From assembly GCA_023231475.1 (NCBI GenBank), contig JALJEE010003034.1, positions 62,001 through 93,621 of the forward strand: a stretch of 31,621 bases of DNA, given 5' to 3'. The stretch comes from Seison nebaliae (Eukaryota). Below the pieces are notes generated by a model that ran no database searches, was not told where the DNA came from, and saw nothing but the letters and a program-made list of their open reading frames with translations. Position 1 is the first letter of the stretch. The number at the start of each line of letters is the position of its first letter. A program made the translations under genes and the position numbers. Shown here one piece after another: positions 1 to 10,699 of the stretch.

Positions 1-1246
1 GGAACAAGATAAATTACAGGAAGCTGCAAGAAAAGGTGATATTGTAAAATTGAATAAGATTATGGAAAGAGAATGCAACACACCTGGTGAATTACAGCGA
101 ACTCCAGTTCACTGGGCGGCATTATATGGTCGTTTAGCAGCTCTCCAACTTTTAATTTCGAGAGGGTTTCAATAAACCTCATTTATATTAGAATGTTCAT
201 AATTTTCTATTCTATTCTAGAGGTGAACCGGAAAGAGTTGATATTCATGGAAATTCTGCCTTACATTTAGCCGTGATTGGCAATCATATTGATTGCATTC
301 ATTACTTGATTAAATTCAATATAAATATGTGGTTGATTAATAACAAATCAAAAACTGCTCTAGCTTTAGCATCCGAACAACAATCAACGGATGTTATTCT
401 GATGTTATTTAGTGTTTAAATTACTCCGTTTGCACAGGTCATTCACATTTTGGATGATGCAATGATGGAGAAACAACGACTTTATCCTAAACATTCAAGA
501 AAAGATCGAGAGAAAGCAGTAGAACGTCACAAGAGACGAATGGTGGCCTTACAAAAATTTGAAAAGAAATATCAGAAAAGTATTTCCCAAAGGAGTACGA
601 TTAGTCGAAATACATTTCCGGACAATATACAGCAAAGTCCTCAACCTATTGAACGCCCCCCCGAAAGAAGTTACCGAAAAATTGTAATTATCCTAAATTT
701 TTTGCTCACTCAAAAATAAAAATTTTTTAGTGTTCCATAGTCGGATAATTGTTGCACCAGGAAACGATGGTCAATTACGAGGTCAAATGAAGTATGATAA
801 TTCAATTTCAATGAAATCTGTTTCATTACTTTTATCCTCAGAATAATTTTCAAATTATTTAGAATCGACCGATGGTAATCCGAACGACATCACATGAGAA
901 AAAAGAATTATATTCCCCATCAACAACTGATTATAAAGAAAACGATTCTATTTTAAGTTCGGCGGAAGAAACTGAAGAAGATGATGGAGAAGACGAGAAT
1001 GATGATAACGATGAATCTTCAATCGATGATCGTTTTCGTCCTCGACAAACAATTACAAGCATAGTCACTAAAGATCAGCCACAAATAATTAATAATCGTC
1101 AATCTGTCGAATATATTCGTCAACAAGAGAGGATATCCAATAATCATATTGGAATAAATTATCCGCAAAATATTATCAACAATCCACCGCCAATAACATA
1201 TGTCGATGATCTTCAAGATAAAGAATCGATTTCAACTTATTTCTAA
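1..1246 (+). CDS. USH1G (SANS)/ANKS4B-like ankyrin-repeat protein; ATG probably begins 2 nt before the window. Exons <1-165, 221-392, 438-669, 731-819, 863-1246
   Basis: Spliced translation EQDKLQEAARKGDIVKLNKIMERECNTPGELQRTPVHWAALYGRLAALQLLISRGGEPERVDIHGNSALHLAVIGNHIDCIHYLIKFNINMWLINNKSKTALALASEQQSTDVIHILDD... follows the USH1G/ANKS4B N-terminal ankyrin repeats and following helix from memory (AAR.G, TP..WAA..G.L..L.L.VSRGG.P...DI.GN..LHLA). Four GT-AG introns of 43-61 nt keep the frame. Ends ...ESISTYF*. Confidence 0.85.
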
Positions 1247-1361
1247 TAAACAAATTCCCCCCACTATAACTACTTTAATTTATATAACAAATTTTCCATT
1301 TCAAATTTATTGATTTCTCTTAAAATATAATATCAATTTTTTGTTATATGTTCATATTTAT

Positions 1362-4300
1362 CTATTGAATGGCACAAGTTTCTTTCGGATGAGATTTCTT
1401 TCCTGGACCAACGAAAAAACCTTTTCTTCCTTTACCCCACGAATCGTGAATGATATCACCAAATCCATCTCTGACCTTATTGAAGAACATTTCACTCATA
1501 CCTGCTGCAATTTGTCTTCCGAAAGGATTATCTGCCAAACCTGGCATAAATTGCACCATAACGCCCGAAAGTAGACGGGCAGCAGGAGCAGCAAATTTAC
1601 TTTTCTCTTCTTCATCTCGATCACTTAATAAATTAGAGAAAGAGGAAATCAGTCCAGTTAAATCAAATGAATTATTATTATGGACTGTCTGAAGTGACAT
1701 ATCTTCATTTTCACCGTAAGTGGTATTGGCAAAACCTCCATAATTGTTATATCCCCATTGGGAATATTCTTGACCACCTTCATATGGATCTCCATAATTG
1801 TTACCTTGATTCAGACGTGGGACGGATTGAGTTAAAATTGAATCAAGTGCCTTCGACACTGTGGAATTATTGGATATATGTTTTTGTGCCATTGAATTGA
1901 AGAGATCTAAGATGTAAATTACGTAAATAAAATGAAATTGAGAGCATTAAAAGAATAACTTATTACTTGAAATCCTCCGTTCGAATTCATATATTGACCA
2001 CCGAATTGGGCCAACAATTGACGAAGGAGATCGTTGAGATTTACCTGATTCATCGGTTTCCATTTATTTTCATCTTCATATTTCTTCGAACATTAAACGG
2101 TGAATATTTGAAAAAAAAAAAAATTTCTCTAACCGGCAAATTTTCTGGGCCTGGATTATACGGTATCTTATATGTACCATTTGCTGGTTTTTCAGTAAAT
2201 AATCGTACCAAAAATTGACCATCTTGATTCTCATGATAAGTGGAAGGAATAAAGATGTAATATCCTGGATCTAATCGCAGACGTGCTGTTACCTTAAGGA
2301 AATGTGACAAAGAATAATTTTAACATATTTCTGTTCAAAACTTAACTTCTCTCATATTGATATAACTACCAGTAGATCCAACTTTCCTCAGTTGATGAGC
2401 AGATAACTTGACTGCTCCTTGTCCTTGTTCTGCTATTATTTGTTCGGCGACAGCATCATCTTTCACTTGATATGTTCTTAATTGAACATAATATTCTCCA
2501 CTATTTGCCATATCGGCTTGTTCCATTCGTCTTTGTCTTGAATGTTTCTGGATGAGTGACATTAAAATGGTACATTTGGGATCATGATCATTTTCGTCTG
2601 GATCTTCTACTTTCATCAAATATTGTGGATTAGTCCAAAACGAATCTAAAATTAATAATGATATGAAGAAATTGAAGAAATAAAAGGAACAATGAGAAGC
2701 ATTTCCACATCCACCAGCCGATAATCCATTTTTCCAATTTCCATGATACTGAGTTAAACACCAAGTTAAATCTTTCTGAAAAAGTAGAAGAAGTAAAACG
2801 AAATAGAAATTGATAGAGATTGAAATTCAAGTAACATCTCTTGCTTGAATTTCTTCGGAAAAAGCATCAGGTGTCAAATGAACAATTTGGAATCGTTGGA
2901 AGTTTTCCGTCCAATCTCGAAAATTCATCCTGTTAATCGGATTATAATAAATCATATCAAGGAAATGATTCTAACCAAAATTCACCATCATGATCTTTAA
3001 CCAATCCTAAATGTTGTTGACCTTCAGGGCTGACGTTATTCCACAAATGAGAACTTCAAAAATTTTTAATTTGAATTTAATTTCGGTTGGTTAAGAATTT
3101 TGATTTAAACTTGTCACTCCAATCACCATTCCATTCCACTTCATTACCCCACGGATTTCTCAATCTTAATAGTCTACATGTTCTTCCATGGATTTTGAAT
3201 CGTGCTACTCGTGTAATTGAGAAAGCATGACCTCGTACCAGTCCATTGCTCAATCGAGCTTCTTTCACATTAGGATCAGCCTAATTAATGATAAGAAAAG
3301 AATAAGTTAGAGACGATAAATTGAAGATTAACATCAATAGAACATCCCATTAATGAATTGAGTTTACTTGCTTGTAATATGATGTCGAAAAAGTTTCGTT
3401 TTGATCTAACATCCTTTAATTCAAAATTTTCTTGTACTCCACCTGTCATATCAGTCAAGGCATCAGCTGTTAATCCGCCTTCCAACGTTTCATAAGAACC
3501 GTTCAATTTTGCATAAGCTTTCTCCATCAAACATGGCCAAAATTCATTAGGTTGTTCCTTATTCTTGCAAAATATTACTTTGTTATTAACACATGGTAAC
3601 AAATCGTCGACGACGACATCTACCCATTCGCCAAAACGCCAAAATCTGAAGTGGAATATTCCTAACAACATTTAAAAATAACGATATAAAAATATGGTTT
3701 TACCTCCATATGATGGATCCTGATCAGGTAATCCTTGATCTTTTGGAACAATGTGAGTAAATATCTTCCCATTAGTCGCTACCACAGCTGCTCCGGCAAT
3801 AAACCAGCAGTTACCTAACATTCCTTGGTCGAGGTCCATACGACTCGGTCCACCAACAAAGAAGCTTGCATCTTGACGCATTTCCTAGAAAGTGAATGGA
3901 TATTATAATATTTTTTATTTATAACGATAAACTTGTGGTCGTTTCCATTCGATGGAATGGGGAGTTGATTTAGTGTAATATATAGAGGAGCCTTCCGGTG
4001 GGAATTCGGGATCGACAAATAAATTTTCTGAATTATAATATGGTTTCAATTGTTCATATACTTGTCCTTTATATGGTCTGACTTCTGAAGAGACACCATC
4101 AACCTGTAAAGGATTAAACATATCCGATTGCCCATAAGCAAGAGGTGTCTTAGTTTTTATACCGGCAGTTGGGTCATCTGTCACATCATCATCCGGTTCT
4201 GCCGTATCATCGGCTCCCACACCTCCTCGAGCTTCTACAACCGATTCATCGAAATCGAAGTCTTCATCTTCTCCATCGATATCGTCGTCATCATTCAAAT

Positions 4301-4676
4301 TAATCTCAAAATGTTCTTCTGGAGCTGGTGGATAATAGTCTGGATTTTCCCCATATCCTTCTTCTCCATAACTTCCGTCTCCTTGATCTCCCCCTTCATA
4401 TCCACTTCTTCCATAATTATCACCGTCTCCTCCATAACCATCTCCTCCCCCATTTTCGCCCCATTGTCGTCCTCTACCGCTATGATGATGACCATGATGA
4501 CCTCTTCCATGTCCACCTCTACCATGACGTCCGTGGCCGTGATGTTGATCAGTGAAATTTTGGAAGAAATCACCTACTTGTCCGGACCAATCGCCAATGT
4601 CAGCTTGTTGAACAAATCGTTGACCGAACTCTTGTCCAAATTGACGAAATTGATCGAAATTGTCTCTATTCCACAT
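1362..4676 (-). CDS. Atypical calpain: Gly/His-rich and acidic N-terminus, CysPc domain, domain III (CBSW), novel tail ending in CaaX; 11 exons
   Basis: Motifs FVDPEFPP, WKRP, DQGMLGNCW (catalytic Cys), GIFHFRFWRFGEWVDVVVDD, EFWPCLMEKAYAKLNGSYE, GLVRGHAFS (His), LRNPWG (Asn), AGGCGN, FWTNPQY, YINMREV, PGYYIFIPST. Ten GT-AG introns (first 3932-3885) join these to ORF 1362-1892, which ends ETCAIQ*. Confidence 0.93.
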
Positions 4677-5344
4677 GACTGTTCAATGAAACGAAACTCT
4701 TGGAAACGATAAATGACAAATGAAAATTTTAAATCGGTGACTATTTTTTGGAGTTTATACATCAAAAGAGAAAACATAGTTTGAAAACAATCATATTAAC
4801 GACCTTCAATCAATGACTCATTCATGTTCTTCACTGTCTCATTGAGAATTACATGGGAAACTTTGATTTTATTTTTCATTATGTTTTACCATTATGGTAA
4901 GCGATTTGTGATTAGGAGTATTAATACAACCAATTATCTTTAACCAAACTTCAAATTCAAAATACGGAAAATCATAGATATCTGCATATCTAACATATTG
5001 TAAGTAATCTCAATAATTGTCAGTACACTTATATTTAGTTATTCATTTTCCATCTTAATTTCATTTCATCATTAAAGTAATTTCCGATTAATTATATCAT
5101 AATTATTCAAATTAATAACTTTATAAACTCTTCAAATTTTTAAATAGTTTAAAATAATTGTTAAAACCTTGAAAGCTATGAGAGAAAACATTTCCAGATT
5201 TCGTATCTTCTCTTAGCCTAATTCAATAGAAAGGAAAAGAATTTAAAGAATTAGAAGGAAAGAATTTTCTTCGTTTTCGACAAATGTAAAGCTCTCAAAA
5301 ATTAATTAAGATTCACGAGTCTAAAATATATTAGATTAATATCA

Positions 5345-6119
5345 ATGGAGGAAGAAAATGATATCGAATTGGTAGACAACAGGAAGCGTCATGACGAAGA
5401 TATGGAAGTTGAGGAGAAGATAATTGAGAAAGATAATTCGGAGAAGAAGAAACAGACGAAAGTGCAATGGAGGAAAGTGGCAATTCCAAAGAACAGACGT
5501 TCTTATTTGAAAAAGAATTGGATGAAAATTATGGAGACATTAGTTAATCAATTGAATCTCCAAGTACGTTATAATACCGCCACTCATAATGTAGAAATGC
5601 GAGTTATATTTCTCTTCAAAAATTTCTTCTTCTAAAATATTTTATTTCGATTATCATAAAAGACATGTGAGAAAACGGATGATATTTCTATTATTCAGAA
5701 AGCATGTGATTTCATTAATGCATTCGCTCTCGGTTTTGAGATAGATGATGCGATTACTTTAATTCGTTTAGATGACTTATTTCTCGAATCATTTTATGTC
5801 ACTGACGGTTCTCACTTTTTTAATAATTTCAATTAACATTTCTTAACGTTTTTAATTAAAAGTCAAATACTTGAAAGGAGATAGTCTTTCAAGAGCGATT
5901 GGTCGTATCGCTGGTCATAATGGAAAGACGAAATATACTATCGAAAACGTGACAAAAACTAGAATTGTCGTAGCAGATTGTCGAATTCATATTCTGGGAA
6001 GTTATGAGAATATCGCAGTAGCAAAACGATCAATTTGTAATTTGATTATGGGATCTCCTCCCTCCAAAATTTACGGTCGATTGAGATCATTCGCTTCGAA
6101 AGGAATGAAATCATTTTAA
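5345..6119 (+). CDS. PNO1: PNO1/Dim2 KH-domain ribosome biogenesis factor; exons 5345-5602, 5663-5807, 5863-6119
   Basis: RKVAIPKNRRSYLKKNWMKI, QKACDFINAFALGFEIDDAITLIRLDDLFLESF, LKGDSLSRAIGRIAGHNGKTKYTIENVTKTRIVVAD..IHILGS..NI..AKRSICNLIMGSPPSKIYGRLR. Confidence 0.95.
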
Positions 6120-6199
6120 TTAAACGGAAATTCGAAATAAATTTTATTCTTTCGTCACAAAAATCTTTTTTACTTATAAGTTCGTTTAAAATAAATTGT

Positions 6200-9100
6200 C
6201 TATATTGTTACTCTGAAAACGCCACGAACATGTCCGTAAGAACCAGCTGGTGTGTTACTCGATTCCTTCCCAATAATCGTATCCGTAGAGTAGAAGACTT
6301 CATATTTATCATTCATATATCTTAAGGAGAAGTATTGGCGAGTTGCCAATGGATATCGTGCATCATTCAAGTGTACGACACATATATTAATCGACTGGAC
6401 TTTATTCAAATCAGGCAGATCGAGATGTTTCGCTAGAGACAATACGTCATAGATTTCCTGCTGAAACCCTCCCAATTGATAACAAATATTCAATCCAATT
6501 TGAACGACACATGAGAAGATGCCACTTGTCGCTGCATCCGTCGAGAACTTCTCCAATTTCTTATAAGTTAAATCAGGTATCACCAAAACTTTTTTCGTCG
6601 GACTGATAACCATATATCCACTGGAAAGTATTTTTGGTTCTTTCGAACCATCATAAATAAACTGTCTGTGTTGATTTCCATAGAATACGAAATTATGTAA
6701 ATGTAGTCCTGCATCAAACCAATTATTGACAGTTTTCAAATATTTAAAAATCACTAACCGTTCTTCGAATTGATTAATACATCTTCCGGTCCAGCATCTT
6801 TATCCGAACATGCAAACGCCAATTGAATATACATATATTTCTGAAGACCTTTGCATAAGTCGAAAGGTATTTCCAATTTAGCGAAGTCGGCTAAAATTGG
6901 AACGATGGGAAGTCCAGCTCTATTGAAATCGTTCTTAATTTATAGACCACAATATAAAAGAAAGAATAACATTGCTTGTAATTCATTACGGATGTCAATT
7001 GAGCATGCTTGTGGGGGAATAGTATTGATATCTTCCATCTTCTGAGTGATTTGCGCTTTCGTCAAATAAGTTCGGAAAACAGCATTCACTATTTGAACTG
7101 TGCCACCTATTAAGATATTAAGAAAATTTCAGAATAAATTGATGACGATCATTAAGAGGAAACCTTCACAATAAATAACTTCTGTTTCACCATAAGCTAT
7201 ATTCCGTCGATGTAATTCAGCAAGTTTCGATATTCCAATTTTGTATGTTTTACACATCTCGTAAAATTTAGTCAATTTATCTTTAACAACTTCCAGTTTT
7301 TTCGCTTCATACGAGATGTGCGAACCTAAATAATCGACATCTGTTCATAATTTATAGAAAGTTTATTAAAATGATAATTTTCATTAACATGGAGTTACTG
7401 CCGTATTCGGAGTCAGTGTACTAGTATCTGTACTTGTAACCTTTCCCAAAATATGGAGAACTTGATCTGAAAACGATTGAAGCAAATAATTGGAAAGGTT
7501 TATCATTTAACAAAAAAAACCGTAAAATTCCCCAGTTGTTTGTGCCAATTTTTTCGCTAATTTGTCATGTTCTGTAACCGAAGTTTTTAATACTAAAATC
7601 ATTCAATTTAAATAACTTTTTTGCAGATCGAAAATTTTTACTCGTTTGTTCAAAATGCTTTTAAAGAAATCTTCGCTATTTCCATCAGGACCGATAAATT
7701 TAAACATTGTGTCATTGATTTGTTTGATGGTGTCTTCTAATTCTATCAGATTCGACGAAAAATATTAGTTCATATTGAGATTTAATATATTATGAAACTT
7801 TTCCGAATTGTTTCCAGTTGACTATTCTGTTTATTCACATTGTTATCTAATGGACCTATGAGTTTTGCTATTCGAAACATATTCGAATGATTTGAGATCA
7901 ATAATAATTATATTAACTGTAATAGGTAATATTGTTTTGAGTATATGTTAATTGAATATTGTATATTTGGATTTCTAACAATATTTTCAATCAGAACATA
8001 GGGAAAAATTATTGAAACTTTCTTTCGCATCTAATATCAGGTCTTGAAGGCTTTTAGTTGTTTCGCATGTGGTGGAAAGATCAGATCCTACAGTTTAAAG
8101 AATTTTATTAAACAAATTCTTGAAAAATTAAGTTTGAACCAATTCCACTTTTTTGTAAACTCAAAAGTTTTCTTTCTCGTTTCTTGGTACGTAAAGCTGA
8201 AATTAAAAATATTTTAGAATTTCCATGAATTAAGGAATCAAACTTCGATCTAATTCAGGAATATTGTCTTCTAATTTCTTCATTGCTGTAATAATTGAAT
8301 TCGTTGTATTATCTATAAGGAAGATGAATAAGTATATTTAAGAAAGATTATCACAATATTAACAGATAAGTAAATTCTTTGCTTTAAATAGTTCCAACGC
8401 AATCTTTTGCTTCAACAAATCTATTTGAATTATTGAATTGAACAAATATTAATACAACGAGTGATAAATTAATGGATGAAACCTTTTACTATGTCTTTAA
8501 ATTGTTCGTCTATTTTCTGCCTGACAACAATTTGACCTCGAACTTTTGAAAAGTTTATGAGAAACAAACTGTTCTTCAACAACTAACTGAGATCGCTTTG
8601 ATTTAATAGTAGTGAATTATACGCATCAGTCATAGCTGGAATTGACAGATATGATTAGAACGATAATAAAAAAATGTTTTTGATTTTCAGTAAGATAACC
8701 TCCATACAAATTATTCGAATCAGCAATCGATTTCTGTGTTAATTGTTCCACTTCGTTTGATCGTTCTGTCCAATCAACTGGAATAAAAATTTAGTTTGAC
8801 TATCATTAATTAAACAAAAAAAATTTTAACTTGGATCAACTGATCCATCTTTCAGTGCTCGAAATTCATTTTTTCTTTTTTCAACCTCTAAAATTGGATC
8901 ATTTCTTTACACAATAAAATTTGGAAATCGAACCTGAAGTCAAATGTGCTACGTACATAAATGATTGAGCAATTTTATTATTAATTTGACTATTCTGTTC
9001 CACTAACGTAATGAAAATAGTCTAATGATATCAAGAAACGAATTGAAATTAACATATTTTAAATATGCTGTTCTTACCAAAGTTGAGTTGAGGAACAACG

Positions 9101-9875
9101 GCCGCATTTGTTACAACTTGATCGAGAGTTTTGTATTTCTCTGATAATGTTTGATATTCCGTCTGTTTAGCAGTATTTTCTTGATCTTTTTGTAGCCGTG
9201 GATGATATAGTTTTACTAGATTCTATCTAACCTAATGTTGTCAACATTTCATCATCAGTTTTATATTGTTGATCTTAAAGAAATCGAACAAGCTTTGTAG
9301 AACTTATCGAGATTAAAAGAAACTTAAAGAATTGTATACAGTTTCCACGTCGATTTTATCCTTGATCAAACTATTCATTGCTAAAAGTATTAACGAAAAT
9401 TAATATTAAAATCTAATGAAAATTTAAACTTTTTTCCAAATAATTTATATCACTAGACGCATTCCCCGTAAGTTCGTCCTTATCTAAGAATATAAGAAGA
9501 TTAATATCTCTCTTGCACAAAAAAAGAAGAAAAGAATATTAACAAAGACTTTGATATTGCATCTTCAACATTTTCAATTCATTTTCTAGAGATAAAACTT
9601 CTGAAATTATGGAATATTACTATGATTGAAGAAAATTTTAAATAAATAAATATACCATTATTCAATGTGGGTAATTGCCTGGCATGTCTTTTTACTTCGT
9701 TTGGTAATGTCTCATATTTCACTTTAATGAGAAAGATTACAGTTTAATTTCATTGACAATATTAACTCGAGTAAAATATCTTATCCAAACTGAGAAGGTC
9801 ATCGGGTAGCGACCAATATTTATTGAAATTGATAATTAGTATAAGGAAACAAAATAGAAGATTTAATGTCCTCAT
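6200..9875 (-). CDS. Cryptic 25-exon gene for an ~806-aa secreted protein: signal peptide, coiled coil, SUEL/Gal_Lectin-like domain, unknown C-terminal domain
   Basis: Exons (- strand): 9875-9767, 9721-9656, 9600-9544, 9483-9430, 9380-9324, 9273-9232, 9185-9078, 9002-8934, 8887-8831, 8777-8700, 8635-8588, 8542-8483, 8420-8364, 8312-8244, 8196-8140, 8087-8019, 7974-7918, 7867-7799, 7742-7617, 7571-7521, 7466-7389, 7340-7164, 7106-6971, 6919-6759, 6708-6200. All 24 introns are GT-AG, 44-75 nt, and give a stop-free 2421-nt frame. Starts MRTLNLLFCFLILIINFNKYWSLP; middle reads as heptads (EVLSLENELKMLKMQYQSL, KLEDTIKQINDTM); Cys domain IAYGETEVIYCEGGTVQIVNAVF...CSIDIRNELQ...FDLCKGLQKYMYIQLAFAC. 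Confidence 0.85.
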
Positions 9876-10699
9876 ATTTTCTTCTCAAAATTCTAATGGA
9901 AATGTCTCTTCAAATTACTAAACAAATTTATATAAGTTTGAATAAAAAATGAAAACTTTTAAGAACCTTACATAGACATTCTAATTGGGATAAATAAGAG
10001 GAATCGAAGAATATATGTGGAAGCAGTATAAAAAACTTTTCCGCTAATATGGAAAATTTTTTTTTTTTGAATTTTATTTTATGAGATTTATTCATTTAGT
10101 TAAAATTTATTTAGTATAAAAATTAATGTTCTTTATAATAAAGAAAACATGGAACAACATTCAAAAATGCGGGCGACAAGAAAACGGATGTAAATTAAGA
10201 GTCGTCATTCACGACCTAGTGATACGATCCTACACCACCCCAGGATCATCATATGCCTACCCTTATGTTGTCTTTCTAGGTTGATAATAATTTTTAACAG
10301 TGAGGATAACCAATCATCAACGGACACATAAAAAGAATAGGTAAATTACCTAAGGTAATTGATATAACAACAATTATAATCAGCAATCAACTATATTAAT
10401 ACTTTCACTACTTTTCTCTATCAAAGCAAACTTATCATTTACTGATAATAAATTCAAGGAATATCCACAAAGCGAGACCAAATTCTTGTGTTGTTCGGCG
10501 GTAATTTGCAGATAAAATATTAATATTATTATTTATTAATCACAGTGAGTGATAGAAAATTCCGATGAGGGATAAAATTAAGAAAAAATAGGGAAAAAAA
10601 CACATGTAACGGAAGTAAAAGAAATTAAAATATAAGTGAGAAGATGAAGGATGGGAATAGTCAAGACATAATGTTCAAGACATCACTCTAACGGACAAT

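Noticed and set aside
4128..4712. 194-aa + strand ORF and other overlapping ORFs (4295-4573, 4328-4555)
   Set aside because: Antisense or alternate-frame shadows of the low-complexity calpain exon 1.
7572..7643. Apparent need for a non-canonical GA-AG intron (7643-7593) or a 24-nt intron (7616-7593) in the cassette gene
   Set aside because: A canonical 45-nt phase-1 intron GTTATT...TTACAG (7616-7572) keeps the frame and gives a 126-nt exon 19, matching the gene's periodicity.
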